From a virus (taxonomy: Duplodnaviria; Caudoviricetes), in the IMG/VR virus record IMGVR_UViG_3300042885_001472: a stretch of 64,000 nucleotides of DNA, one strand, 5' to 3'. Positions 9,217 through 19,482 of this stretch are shown here, in pieces. How positions within the stretch are numbered: the stretch's first letter is position 1; the number at the start of each line of letters is the position of its first letter. Below the pieces are notes generated by a model that saw only the letters and a list, made by a program, of their open reading frames with translations, was not told the origin of the DNA and did no database searches. A program made the translations under genes and the position numbers.

Positions 9217-10260
9217 ATGTTGAAGAAAATTACCCATAAATTATTAAAAGAAGAAATTACTGATAGGGAAATAAAATTTGTTAATAATTTCGCCACTAAA
9301 AGACCAGAACTTGATTGGGAAGGTGTTAGAGATGAGTTAATTGAGATGGGTTATACTAATGAGGAATCTATGTTATTAATTTTAAAGACGATTTCTTCTG
9401 AAGATACTGAATGGGTTGAAGATCCTTTAGAATTATTTGATCTTGGTCATTGGTTTTCGGCTTTTGGTAAAGATACACTAGAAATACTTAAAGAATATGG
9501 ACATGAAGTAGAATTTGATTTCAGTGATACATATAAAGTCGGTGATAAAGTATATTTAAGTACTGATGGTTGGTGTGATTTTAAACCATTTTTTGATCGT
9601 CATGATGGGAGTATTTTTGAATCATATTTTTGTGATGAAGACCATTTTAGGATGTACGATTTGAATAGATCATTTGATGAGGCTTGGGATTCATTAAATA
9701 AAAAATGTATTGACTATATTAAAGATTATTTAAAAGAAAAATTTTTAAACACAAAAGTTACTTTAAGTAATGATGGAAGTCTTGAAGATTATTTAGATTC
9801 TGATGTAGATTCTACTATCACATTATCTTCAGATCTTATTAATAAATTAACTGATGATGAGTTAAAAGATTTGATTAAAAATTCACCAGAACTTGATGAT
9901 TTGGAACATGAAATTGAAATGTCTTTAGAGGGAGCTTATAATACCGTTTCAGAAAGAGAGATCAGTGAAAAATTTATGGATGAAATAACTGATTTATTTG
10001 GTAAAGGTAAATGGGATTCAGTAGTCAGAAAAGATGGGATTCGTAAAGATAAGTTAATTTTTGAAATTACTGATCTATTTAATGGAACTACTGAAAATTA
10101 TATCTTAGATAGTGGTGATAACCCTAGTGATGTTTATAATTACTTTCTTACTTTGATACAAGATCGTATGGATAGTTCATTAAACCCTGGTAACCTTAGT
10201 TATTATGAACCATATATTACCGGTTATGATATGTATGAAGAATTAACAAATAGATTTTAA
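9217..10260 (+). CDS. acidic hypothetical protein
   Basis: Leader MLKKITHKLLKE; ATATTTAT at 9205. Confidence 0.75.
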   Translation: MLKKITHKLLKEEITDREIKFVNNFATKRPELDWEGVRDELIEMGYTNEESMLLILKTISSEDTEWVEDPLELFDLGHWFSAFGKDTLEILKEYGHEVEFDFSDTYKVGDKVYLSTDGWCDFKPFFDRHDGSIFESYFCDEDHFRMYDLNRSFDEAWDSLNKKCIDYIKDYLKEKFLNTKVTLSNDGSLEDYLDSDVDSTITLSSDLINKLTDDELKDLIKNSPELDDLEHEIEMSLEGAYNTVSEREISEKFMDEITDLFGKGKWDSVVRKDGIRKDKLIFEITDLFNGTTENYILDSGDNPSDVYNYFLTLIQDRMDSSLNPGNLSYYEPYITGYDMYEELTNRF

Positions 10261-10319
10261 AAAGAAATTACTGTTTTTAAATCGTTTACATACTATTTAA
10301 ATGAATAGAACTAATAATT

Positions 10320-12053
10320 ATGAATCGTTCAGAACAGTTACAAGAATACGCCAAATGTTTGGCTGATCCCGTTTACGCGGTAGAAACATATTTAGAAACA
10401 TTTGATCAAACCCAGAGTGGGTATGTACCATTTCAATTATTTCCAAAACAAAAGGAATTAGTACATAGTATTTTTGATAATCGATTCACAATCGTTACAA
10501 AACCAAGACAAGCTGGTATTACCACTACAACAGCCGCTTGTATGGCGATAAAGGTTTCTTTCTATGGTGACGCGAGTATTCCAGATAAGATTCTTATATT
10601 AGCGAATAGACAAGAGATAGCTCAAGAATTTTTAAAAAAAATTAAAGAATTTTTAGAACAAATACCAAGATGGGTATGGGGTATTGAATATGTTGAAGAC
10701 CCTAAAAAATCTATCTTCTTAACTGATTCTAAAAAACATATTATATTACCAACTAAATGTGAAGTTAAAGCTTTAGCGACATCAAAAGACGCGTTAAGGG
10801 GTTTTACCCCAACCACATTAGTAATGGATGAGGCGGCCTATATTGAGAATGGTTCTGATGTTTATGGAGCGGCCTTACCTTCTTTAGGTACAGGTGGAAA
10901 ATCAATTTTAATTTCAACACCAAATGGATATGACGATTTATATTATAAAATTTATGATGGGGCGGTAAATAAACGGAATAAATATAATGTGGTTGAAATG
11001 AGATGGTATCAAGATTTACGCTACAATAAAGGGTTACGCTGGCTTAAAGGTGAAGAAGTTGTTATAGAAGAAATGTATAACCTTGAAAGTTATAATAAAA
11101 TGGTTAGTGAAGGTTATAAACCAACATCTCAATGGTATGAAGATATGTGTGCGGAATACAATGGTGATACGAGAAAAATCGCCCAAGAGTTAGATGTTTC
11201 GTTTTTAGGTTCTGGTGGTAATGTGATTGATGATGAATATGTTGAAGCTCAAAATAAAGAGAATGTGATGTTACCCATTAGAACTGAAGGACATGATAAT
11301 GGTGTTTGGATTTGGAAAGATCCGGAATTAAACCATCAATATATTATGGGCTCGGATGTCAGCCGCGGAGACAGTGAAGATTTTTCTAGTATAGAGATTA
11401 TTGATTTTGAGACTAAAGAACAAGTATTAGAATATCAAGGTAAAATACCCCCAGATGTATTAGCGGAATTGGTACAACATTATGGTGACTTATATAAAGC
11501 CTACACTGTAGTTGATATCACTGGTGGTATGGGTGTTACTACCGTATTAAAATTGGAGGAGATGGAATATAAACGACTTCATTATGATGACGCTAAAAGT
11601 AAAATATTATCCGCTAGAAAAGATATTAGTAAGTATAAAAAATACGATAATAAAATACCTGGGTTTAATGTTGGAGCTAATAGATTACCTATGGTGGCTG
11701 AATTTGAAAGGTCTGTTAGACAAAATGATTTAATTGTAAGATCTAGTAGATTAATTTCTGAGATGAAAACTTTTGTTTATAAAAATGGTAGACCTGATCA
11801 TATGGATGGTTACCATGATGATTTATTAATGGCCGTAGCGATGTGTTTATGGGTATTACAAACATCATTTAAAAATCTTGAAAAAGTTAATGAACAAACT
11901 AAAGCGATATTAAATAGTTGGGTTACCAGTACTAATTTAAACACCGTAACCAATGTAAATGTAACTACAACCACCACTACAGTGACACAAACACCAGTGC
12001 CATCTAATATACCCAATGGTGAACATATGTGGTTATTAGGGGGTATGAGATAA
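10320..12053 (+). CDS. terL: terminase large subunit (T4 gp17-like)
   Basis: Walker A KPRQAGITT, Walker B VMDEAAY, coupling motif STPNG; nuclease DVSRGDSEDFS and HDDLLMA. Confidence 0.95.
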   Translation: MNRSEQLQEYAKCLADPVYAVETYLETFDQTQSGYVPFQLFPKQKELVHSIFDNRFTIVTKPRQAGITTTTAACMAIKVSFYGDASIPDKILILANRQEIAQEFLKKIKEFLEQIPRWVWGIEYVEDPKKSIFLTDSKKHIILPTKCEVKALATSKDALRGFTPTTLVMDEAAYIENGSDVYGAALPSLGTGGKSILISTPNGYDDLYYKIYDGAVNKRNKYNVVEMRWYQDLRYNKGLRWLKGEEVVIEEMYNLESYNKMVSEGYKPTSQWYEDMCAEYNGDTRKIAQELDVSFLGSGGNVIDDEYVEAQNKENVMLPIRTEGHDNGVWIWKDPELNHQYIMGSDVSRGDSEDFSSIEIIDFETKEQVLEYQGKIPPDVLAELVQHYGDLYKAYTVVDITGGMGVTTVLKLEEMEYKRLHYDDAKSKILSARKDISKYKKYDNKIPGFNVGANRLPMVAEFERSVRQNDLIVRSSRLISEMKTFVYKNGRPDHMDGYHDDLLMAVAMCLWVLQTSFKNLEKVNEQTKAILNSWVTSTNLNTVTNVNVTTTTTTVTQTPVPSNIPNGEHMWLLGGMR

Positions 12054-12055
12054 AT

Positions 12056-12547
12056 TTAATTTATATTACTGAAATAAAGTTTTAAATCATCTCCCAAATA
12101 TAAATCAACACCTTTTAATTGTTTTCCACTATTGGTTAACTGATTTTCAAATTGATATGAATGATCAAAAAATCCAGCACCATGACCATTCCTTGTTAAC
12201 CAAATATCCATACCTAACTGGAATGTCCCATTATCATCTAAAGCTTCAGAAATCGCTTGTTCTCCGGCCATATTAATAAATTTTTTAATATCAATATAAG
12301 CTTGAATTTTAGAATTATCATCCAAATCATCAACACCTAAAGAACCTAAATCAATATCTTCAGAATAATCAAACATACTTTCATACTCAGCGGTTAATTG
12401 TTCTTCCTCAGTCCATAGGGCGGATTCTAAATAACCTTTTAATATTTCAAGTAATTCCTCATCACTTACATAAAAATCATTAGATGGGGATTCCTTTATC
12501 AGTTTTAATTGATTTACCGAGTTTTTAATATGTTGTTTAATATTCAT
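12056..12547 (-). CDS. conserved hypothetical phage protein
   Basis: YLESALW and DIWLTRNGHGAGFFD motifs; LIKE leader; ATATTTAT upstream on the minus strand. Confidence 0.75.
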   Translation of the reverse strand: MNIKQHIKNSVNQLKLIKESPSNDFYVSDEELLEILKGYLESALWTEEEQLTAEYESMFDYSEDIDLGSLGVDDLDDNSKIQAYIDIKKFINMAGEQAISEALDDNGTFQLGMDIWLTRNGHGAGFFDHSYQFENQLTNSGKQLKGVDLYLGDDLKLYFSNIN

Positions 12548-12575
12548 ATATTTTTATTTATAAATATCATATTGT

Positions 12576-12794
12576 TTAAAAAACTTGATTTTGTTGGAAA
12601 CCTTTCCAATGAGATAAAACCCTTTCATCAGCGAATGGTCTACAATATTTACCTTCATTACTAACCATATGATTACCTGTTTTATTACTTAACATCCACC
12701 ATTCATAGTTAGATTCATTAAGAACCACATACATTTCACATCCATTACTTTTTGACCAAAGAAGACCTTTTTGTTTAATTTCTTGATTCATCAT
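12576..12794 (-). CDS. hypothetical protein (start revised to ATG 12794)
   Basis: The track's TTG start at 12821 lies inside the promoter; MMNQEIKQK start is more plausible. Confidence 0.6.
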   Translation of the reverse strand: MMNQEIKQKGLLWSKSNGCEMYVVLNESNYEWWMLSNKTGNHMVSNEGKYCRPFADERVLSHWKGFQQNQVF

Positions 12795-12818
12795 AATTTT
12801 ATGTTTAAGTTTATTCCA

Positions 12819-12849
12819 CAAATATATAAATTTATTTTTGATTTACAAA
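12819..12849 (-). promoter_or_regulatory. Bacteroidota primary-sigma promoter (-33/-7)
   Basis: Minus strand reads TTTG-N19-TATATTTG, matching the established TTTG-N19-21-TAnnTTTG consensus. Confidence 0.75.
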
Positions 12850-12899
12850 CATTACTTTAAAATTTATTATAATAATATGATATTTATAGGTAAACTAAT

Positions 12900-13148
12900 A
12901 TGGCTTTAGGAAGTAAAAAGGGACCTTTTTATAGGTTACCAAATGAAAAATTCATATATAAATGGTCACCACAACCTTATGATGTAAAAACAAAAACTAA
13001 AAGTGGTAGTAATAAAAAAGTACTTTGTGACGCACCTCCGGGATCACAAGGGGAGGATTTTAATACAACTTATGTATATAAATTAAGTTATATACCTAAT
13101 AATGTTGAACATAGATACGCTTATGTTGAGTGTGATTATGTGATATAA
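12900..13148 (+). CDS. hypothetical protein
   Basis: ATATTTAT at 12880; lies directly upstream of the portal gene. Confidence 0.7.
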   Translation: MALGSKKGPFYRLPNEKFIYKWSPQPYDVKTKTKSGSNKKVLCDAPPGSQGEDFNTTYVYKLSYIPNNVEHRYAYVECDYVI

Positions 13149-13198
13149 CATATTTACTTTTAATAAAAGTTTATTAACTTAAAATAAATAATTAAAAA

Positions 13199-16100
13199 AT
13201 GGCTGATAATAAAAATTTAACGGTTTGGCAGAAACTGGGGGTTCTATTTGGACCTGATAAAAAACCTATAATAGGACCAACCAAATCATATTCAATTGAT
13301 TCAAAAGAACTATTAAGAACAAAGTCTAAAGAAGAGTTTAGTACTGAGAAATTACAAAAACAACAAAATTTATATTTAAATAATCAATGGGAGAAGGTTG
13401 ATAATACATTGTACCAACAAGCGATGTTTTATGAAACAACTAGAATTTCATCTTATACCGATTTTGAGTCTATGGAATTTTTCCCAGAGATTTCAGCGGC
13501 TTTAGATATTCTAATGGAAGAATCTACAACACAAGATAGTAAGGGTAATATTTTACAAATCCATTCCGAATCTGATAGGGTTAAAAAAGTTTTAACTGAT
13601 TTATTTCATAATAGATTAGATATCCATACAACATTACCAATGTGGACAAGGAACGTTTGTAAATATGGCGATAATTTCATATATTTAGATATTGATGATG
13701 AAAATGGTATTACTAATTGTAAACAATTACCCAATATTGAGATTGAAAGACATGAAGGTGATGTTTATAATTCAATAAATGGTGTCATTGATATTAACAG
13801 AAATAAGAAAAAGGGTGATGATCTAAAATTTGTTTGGAAAAACAGAGAGTTTGAATTTAATTCTTGGCAAATAGGTCATTTTAGATTACTTGGTGATGAT
13901 AGAAGATTACCATATGGTACTTCAGTATTAGAAAAAGCTAGAAGGATTTATAAACAATTAATGTTATCTGAAGATGCTATGTTAATTTATAGAATTACCA
14001 GAGCTCCAGAACGAAGAATATTTAAAATATTCGTGGGTAATATTGATGACAAAGATGTTGAACCATATGTACAACAAATTGCGAATAAATTTAAAAGGTC
14101 ACCGGTAGTTGATCCTAAGACTGGACAAATTGATTTAAGATATAATCAAATGGCCAATGATCAGGATTTTTTCATCCCGGTTAGAGATCAAGCAGCGACA
14201 AATCCAATTGAAACATTAGCTGGTGCGTGTATATCGTTAGATAGTAGAATTCCATTATTGGATGGTAGAACACTTACATTAAATGAAATTATTAATGAAT
14301 GGGATAATGGTAATAGAAATTTATGGGTATACTCTTGTGATCCCAAAACTGGTGAATTTACCCCTGGAATAATTACTTGGGCTGGTGTTACTAGAAAAAA
14401 TACTGAAGTAATGAAAATTACATTGGATAACGGTGAAGAGATTACCGCAACGCCTGATCATAAATTTGTTCACAGAACTAATGGCTTTGTGGCGGCTAAT
14501 GAATTAAATGTTGGTGATTCGTTAATGCCTTTTTATAGTAAAAAATCAATTTATTATAAACATTATGATTATCAACAAATATTTGATAATAAAACTCAAA
14601 AATGGGTTTGGGTACATAAAGAAGTTACTAAGTTCCATAAAAATAATTTAGTGAATGAGACAACATTTTTAGAGGAATATAAAGACCAAAATCATTCTAC
14701 TATACATCATATTAATTTTAATAGGTTTGACAATTCACCAACTAATTTAACATTTATGAATAGTAAAGACCACTTTAAATTACATTGTAAAAATCAACAA
14801 ATAGGGAGTAAAGCTTTTTCCGAGAAGTATAAAAATAACCCTAATTTCGCTAAAAGAGTAAGAAAACATTTAAATGAGTGTAATAAAATATTTCACGATA
14901 AAAGAAATTCTGATCCAGAATATAAAGAATTCATTAGAAGTAAACAAAAAGAATCTATTAATAAATTTTTTAATGAATTATCGGTAGAAGAATTAAAAAA
15001 ATGGTGTGAAAGGATTAATAACCCAATAACTAAAGCTAAAACCACAAAAAAATTATTAAAATGGTGTGAGAACCCAGACAATTTAAAATTAAAAGGTCAG
15101 ATAATTAGTACCGTTAAATCAACCCCAGAAGCTAAAGAAAAAATGAGTAAGATGTCTAAAAGTATTTGGGTGAGAGAAGGATATAAAGAGTCAGTATTTA
15201 GTAAAAAACAAACTTTAATTTTCAATGATAAACTTTACAATATGTTTATTAATGAATTTGAAAAACATTTACGTTCAGATTTAACTTTACAAGTTTTAAA
15301 TAGAAGTTCTAACTTTATGTTTGAGTTTAATTCTATTAATAAAGATATTAGGAGTTCATTAACTAATTTAAATACATTCACCCATAATCATTTAGAAAAA
15401 ATGATTAAAGAAAAAGGATTTAAAAATTTTAGGGAGTGGAAAAAAGAGGAAATTATTAAAAGAGGTTTCATCAATTTACGTCAATGGCAATATTATCTCG
15501 ATAAAGAGAATGGTAAATATGGTAGTAAAGAAAGGGGTAAGTCAATTAATCAATTCTATAATCATAAAATTGTAAAAATAGAATATCTAGAACAGAGAAT
15601 TGATACGGGCACTATCACAGTAGATGGTAATGAAATGTATCATAATCATCACACATTCGCCTTAGAATCAGGTATTTATATCAAAAATTCTAATTTGTCT
15701 GAAATTGCAGATATTGAATATCTTCAAAAGAAATTATTCGCAGCACTTAGAGTTCCTAAACCATTTTTAGGTTTTGAATCAGCTGTAGGTGATGGTAAAA
15801 ATTTAGCATTACAAGACATACGTTTCACAAGAACTGTTAATAGAATTCAACAATCTATGTTACAAGAATTAAATAAAATCGCTATTATTCATTTATTCAT
15901 ATTGGGGTTAGATGAAGAATTAAGTAATTTTACTTTAACTTTAAATAACCCTTCTACACAAGCAGAAATGTTACGCACAGAACAAATGCAGGTGAAGATG
16001 CAATTATATAAAGATTCTGTTTCTGATGCCGGTAATGGGTTTGCTGCGATGTCTATGACTAGAGCTAAGAAAGAAATATTAAACTTTTCTAATGATGAAA

Positions 16101-16609
16101 TACGTCTTGATATTGAACAACAAAGACTTGAAAAAGCAGCCGCAGCTGAATTAGCTAATACATCCGCGGTAATTAAAAAGACTGGTTTATTTGATAAGAT
16201 AGATAACATTTATGGTGATACTACTGGTGAAGCTGTCACTGAAGGTGGTGGTGATGTAACACCTCCAGCTGGTGGGCCTGAAATGGGTGGTGAAGAAATG
16301 GGTGGTGCACCTCCAGAACCAACAACACCAGAAACAACAGAACCAACACCGCCTACAATGGAGTCTGGGGTTAAAAATTTAGATAAGTTATTATTAGAAA
16401 GAAAAGAATTTTTAATGAAATCGTATGATAGTAAACAAAAAAAACATAAGGCTAATTATATTAACAAATTGATTGAAAGTATTGAAATACGAGAAGAATA
16501 CAAGGTAAATATTAATGAGAGTAAAAATAATGTTTCGGATAGTAACAATAGACACAATAATGATATAACAAATATGGTTGATAATATTAATAATTTATTA
16601 AATAAATAA
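13199..16609 (+). CDS. gp20: portal protein (T4 gp20-like) precursor containing an intein
   Basis: FPEISAALD, KYGDNF, LSEDAMLIYRITRAPERRIF, DFFIPVR, ETLAGA|SNLSEIADIEYLQKKLFAALRVP motifs; about 649 aa after splicing. Confidence 0.95.
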   Translation: MADNKNLTVWQKLGVLFGPDKKPIIGPTKSYSIDSKELLRTKSKEEFSTEKLQKQQNLYLNNQWEKVDNTLYQQAMFYETTRISSYTDFESMEFFPEISAALDILMEESTTQDSKGNILQIHSESDRVKKVLTDLFHNRLDIHTTLPMWTRNVCKYGDNFIYLDIDDENGITNCKQLPNIEIERHEGDVYNSINGVIDINRNKKKGDDLKFVWKNREFEFNSWQIGHFRLLGDDRRLPYGTSVLEKARRIYKQLMLSEDAMLIYRITRAPERRIFKIFVGNIDDKDVEPYVQQIANKFKRSPVVDPKTGQIDLRYNQMANDQDFFIPVRDQAATNPIETLAGACISLDSRIPLLDGRTLTLNEIINEWDNGNRNLWVYSCDPKTGEFTPGIITWAGVTRKNTEVMKITLDNGEEITATPDHKFVHRTNGFVAANELNVGDSLMPFYSKKSIYYKHYDYQQIFDNKTQKWVWVHKEVTKFHKNNLVNETTFLEEYKDQNHSTIHHINFNRFDNSPTNLTFMNSKDHFKLHCKNQQIGSKAFSEKYKNNPNFAKRVRKHLNECNKIFHDKRNSDPEYKEFIRSKQKESINKFFNELSVEELKKWCERINNPITKAKTTKKLLKWCENPDNLKLKGQIISTVKSTPEAKEKMSKMSKSIWVREGYKESVFSKKQTLIFNDKLYNMFINEFEKHLRSDLTLQVLNRSSNFMFEFNSINKDIRSSLTNLNTFTHNHLEKMIKEKGFKNFREWKKEEIIKRGFINLRQWQYYLDKENGKYGSKERGKSINQFYNHKIVKIEYLEQRIDTGTITVDGNEMYHNHHTFALESGIYIKNSNLSEIADIEYLQKKLFAALRVPKPFLGFESAVGDGKNLALQDIRFTRTVNRIQQSMLQELNKIAIIHLFILGLDEELSNFTLTLNNPSTQAEMLRTEQMQVKMQLYKDSVSDAGNGFAAMSMTRAKKEILNFSNDEIRLDIEQQRLEKAAAAELANTSAVIKKTGLFDKIDNIYGDTTGEAVTEGGGDVTPPAGGPEMGGEEMGGAPPEPTTPETTEPTPPTMESGVKNLDKLLLERKEFLMKSYDSKQKKHKANYINKLIESIEIREEYKVNINESKNNVSDSNNRHNNDITNMVDNINNLLNK
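14228..15688 (+). mobile_element. intein (487 aa) with HNH endonuclease domain in the portal gene
   Basis: Starts CISLDS, block B ITATPDHKF, HNH IHHINFNRFDNSPTNL..H..LH, ends GIYIKN|S; removal restores the gp20 motif TLAGA-SNL. Confidence 0.92.
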
Positions 16610-16627
16610 TTTTTTTTAAAATTCAAC

Positions 16628-16635
16628 ATATTTAT
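16628..16635 (+). promoter_or_regulatory. putative late promoter ATATTTAT (representative copy)
   Basis: 13 nt upstream of ATG 16649; one of about 19 coding-strand copies upstream of genes. Confidence 0.55.
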
Positions 16636-16648
16636 AAATTATACTAAT

Positions 16649-17422
16649 ATGCACAATTTCGGTAACATAAAAAATACATTCAATAAAGTCCTATCTGAAT
16701 CCATTATACAAAAGGATAGAGGTAGAAAAACTATCTTTAAAGAGTACTTAAAAACATTAAGAGAGAGTACAATTTTAAAATCTCAATTCATTGTTTTAAC
16801 TAATATTGAATCTAAATTTATTGAAGATCCATATTTAGCTGGAGAATATGTTAAAGAAAATATTGATTCTCTAAGAAAATTTGGTCAAAAAAAGATTCTT
16901 ATAGAAAACTCTAAATTGATTAGTTTAGTTGAAAAAAATAAATTAACTCTTTCCACTGATGTTAACAAATTATATGAATCTTTAAATGATTTAATCATTT
17001 TAAAAAGAGATAGTAAAAATATTGATAGAATACAAGAATCTTTTGAATATGTTCGTACATTTGTTATGAAACCAAAGATAAATGAAAGTTCTACAACGCC
17101 TACCATATCATTACCCCCTAGTATCCTTACAAGTTTAATGACTTCTAAATTTAACGCTAAGTATGAGAATGTATCTGAATCAGAAAAAAAAGTTATTAGA
17201 GTATCATTAAATGGTGATGATAAAGAAAAAGAATCTTTATTTACTGAAATGATCCGTGAAACCATAGACATCCTTAATGTTAAATTAGAAACTAGTAATG
17301 TAGATTTAAAAGATAAATTATTAAAAACAAAAGATAAGTTACTTAGAACAGAATATAAAAGTGAAACGTTTACGAAAGATATTACTAAAATATTTTCACT
17401 TAAAGATGATTTAACTAAATAA
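16649..17422 (+). CDS. hypothetical protein of the head module
   Basis: Between portal and protease; LSE/LRE/INE sites. Confidence 0.8.
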   Translation: MHNFGNIKNTFNKVLSESIIQKDRGRKTIFKEYLKTLRESTILKSQFIVLTNIESKFIEDPYLAGEYVKENIDSLRKFGQKKILIENSKLISLVEKNKLTLSTDVNKLYESLNDLIILKRDSKNIDRIQESFEYVRTFVMKPKINESSTTPTISLPPSILTSLMTSKFNAKYENVSESEKKVIRVSLNGDDKEKESLFTEMIRETIDILNVKLETSNVDLKDKLLKTKDKLLRTEYKSETFTKDITKIFSLKDDLTK

Positions 17423-17943
17423 TGAAAAATTTCTTCAATTACATTGTTACTAATTTTGGGTTTACAAATAGTTCTGACTTCATTTGTTCCTTCTTACATA
17501 TCAATTTATTGACAATAACATTACCATTAACCGGAATCTCAGTGGGATTAGAAAAATATTTTGGGTTAGGGTATCTAACTATCATATCATTTGGTTTATT
17601 AATTTTCTTAGAATTAGTGACTGGATTACTATCCTCAAAGGTGAGAAAAGTAAAAATTGAATCCAAAAAATTTAGTAGGTTTGGTTTAAAAGTATTAATA
17701 TGGTTTTCACTAATATTCATAACAAAATCATTAATGATGGAATATAAACAATATACTGATACCGCTGGAGTATTAGCTTATTCAATGTTTAATTGGTTAC
17801 ATACATTCATATTCATTTATATTAATATGGAATATCTAATATCAGTACTTGAAAACTTAGGTGTTATTACTGGTAATAAGAAAGGTAGTGATACTTTAAT
17901 AAAAGTTATTAAAGATAAATTAATTTCTTTTTTAAAAAAATAG
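17422..17943 (+). CDS. holin-like membrane protein (phage holin 4 family-like)
   Basis: 3-4 TM helices; LELVTGLLSS..KIESKKF and EYLISVLENLG resemble the holin_4 consensus. Confidence 0.6.
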   Translation: MKNFFNYIVTNFGFTNSSDFICSFLHINLLTITLPLTGISVGLEKYFGLGYLTIISFGLLIFLELVTGLLSSKVRKVKIESKKFSRFGLKVLIWFSLIFITKSLMMEYKQYTDTAGVLAYSMFNWLHTFIFIYINMEYLISVLENLGVITGNKKGSDTLIKVIKDKLISFLKK

Positions 17944-17962
17944 TATTATTCCTTCCACCCTA

Positions 17963-17993
17963 TTGTTATCTCATTTTATTTTTACTATATTTT
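17963..17993 (+). promoter_or_regulatory. putative host-type promoter
   Basis: TTG-N20-TATATTTT upstream of ORF 18030. Confidence 0.4.
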
Positions 17994-18029
17994 AGTATAA
18001 ATAACAAGATTACATTATGAAACACTTTA

Positions 18030-18461
18030 ATGAAAAGAGGTAAGGAAATAACCATTGAATCAAATTCTAACTATACAGTTTATTCTGGTACTATAGATAA
18101 TAAAAAGGCTAAAACCATTTATCTTAACATATCTTCTTGGGGGAATCCAATAAAAGAAACTGGATTGAACTATGAGAGAATAATTAAAAATTTACGTAAA
18201 AGTGTATTACAATACACATACAACATACTTTGTGAAAGTAATTTTAAGGAAGGAAACACTATTGTTGATTTAGATATGAGATCATCCGGAGTTCATTACG
18301 GTAAAAAAAGTTTTATGTCTTGTGAGTTAACTCTATTCCAAAAAGAATATAATCAAGTTAATTCAGATATAGTAGTAGAATCAATGAAAGATATTTCAAA
18401 ATCTATTATAGAGAATGTATTAGATACAAACGAATACTTTATATTCAGTAAAACAAAATAA
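18030..18461 (+). CDS. hypothetical protein
   Basis: 143-aa ORF; no family recognised. Confidence 0.75.
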   Translation: MKRGKEITIESNSNYTVYSGTIDNKKAKTIYLNISSWGNPIKETGLNYERIIKNLRKSVLQYTYNILCESNFKEGNTIVDLDMRSSGVHYGKKSFMSCELTLFQKEYNQVNSDIVVESMKDISKSIIENVLDTNEYFIFSKTK

Positions 18462-18484
18462 ATATTTTTTTCTTTAATTCCTCA

Positions 18485-18492
18485 ATATTTAT
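18485..18492 (+). promoter_or_regulatory. putative late promoter ATATTTAT
   Basis: 15 nt upstream of the prohead protease ATG. Confidence 0.55.
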
Positions 18493-18507
18493 ATTGAAAG
18501 GATTAAT

Positions 18508-19191
18508 ATGATTAAAATATTGAAACCAGGTGAGATTGGTCATGGTGTACTAATTGAAACCGATTCAGGATATATTTCACCAAAAGATAATCAAAAATTC
18601 ATAAACGAAATTAAAAAACTTGATTCCGGACAAAGAATTATTGAAGAACCATTAATACTTTACGCTGTATTACAAAAGTGTGGTGTAGAGAATAAAAATG
18701 GTCGTATATACCCAAGAGAAATTCTTGAAAGAGAAGCGAGGAATTATCAAAAAGTTATTCAAGAAGGTAGAGCTCTTGGTGAAGCCGATCACCCAGAGTC
18801 TTCTATTATATCAGTTGATAGAGTATCTCATAATATAACTGAGATATGGTGGGAAGGTAATACCTTATTAGGTAAACTAGAAGTCCTAATGTCACCAGGG
18901 TTTGTTAATCAAGGAATTATTTCATGTAAAGGTGATCAAGTAGCCAATCTAATTAGAAAGGGTATTATGATTGGTGTATCATCAAGGGGTGTAGGTTCTT
19001 TAGATAAGAAGGAGGGTAAAAATTATGTACAAGAAGATTTTGAATTAATTTGTTGGGATGTTGTTACATCACCTTCAACACCGGGTTCTTGGATATTTAA
19101 TAGAAAAGAAGAATCAGCTCCATTTGTGGAATCAACACAAAGTAAAAAACCATTAATAATAGACACATTAGATAATTATTTAAACGACTAA
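18508..19191 (+). CDS. gp21: prohead protease (T4 gp21-like)
   Basis: NKNGRIYPREILERE, GEADHP, GVSSRGVGS, WDVVTSPS. Confidence 0.95.
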   Translation: MIKILKPGEIGHGVLIETDSGYISPKDNQKFINEIKKLDSGQRIIEEPLILYAVLQKCGVENKNGRIYPREILEREARNYQKVIQEGRALGEADHPESSIISVDRVSHNITEIWWEGNTLLGKLEVLMSPGFVNQGIISCKGDQVANLIRKGIMIGVSSRGVGSLDKKEGKNYVQEDFELICWDVVTSPSTPGSWIFNRKEESAPFVESTQSKKPLIIDTLDNYLND

Positions 19192-19194
19192 ATT

Positions 19195-19482
19195 ATGAAA
19201 TTAAAAGTAAAAATTACTGAATCTCAACTAGAAGAATTGAGAAGTAAATATTCAACACTTAAATCAATTGACTCTAATAAAAATCCATACATTAAAAAAG
19301 GATTTTTATTTATAAAATTAGATTCAACAAAATCAGTACCTGAAGACTCGTACAACTTTTCAGACGAGGAAGCTAAAGAACTTAATAAAATGGGTCACGA
19401 GTTAGAGGCTTTAAAAGCTTCTTATGAAGAAAAATTAAAATCACTAACTGGTGGTAATAAAGTTAAAAAAGAAAAAGAATAA
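19195..19482 (+). CDS. putative head-internal protein
   Basis: Leader MKLKVKITESQL. Confidence 0.6.
   Translation: MKLKVKITESQLEELRSKYSTLKSIDSNKNPYIKKGFLFIKLDSTKSVPEDSYNFSDEEAKELNKMGHELEALKASYEEKLKSLTGGNKVKKEKE

Noticed and set aside
11925-12000. Thr/Val-rich tail of the terminase as an ice-binding or mucin-like repeat
   Set aside because: Short, irregular low-complexity tail after the nuclease domain with no TxT periodicity; likely a disordered linker.
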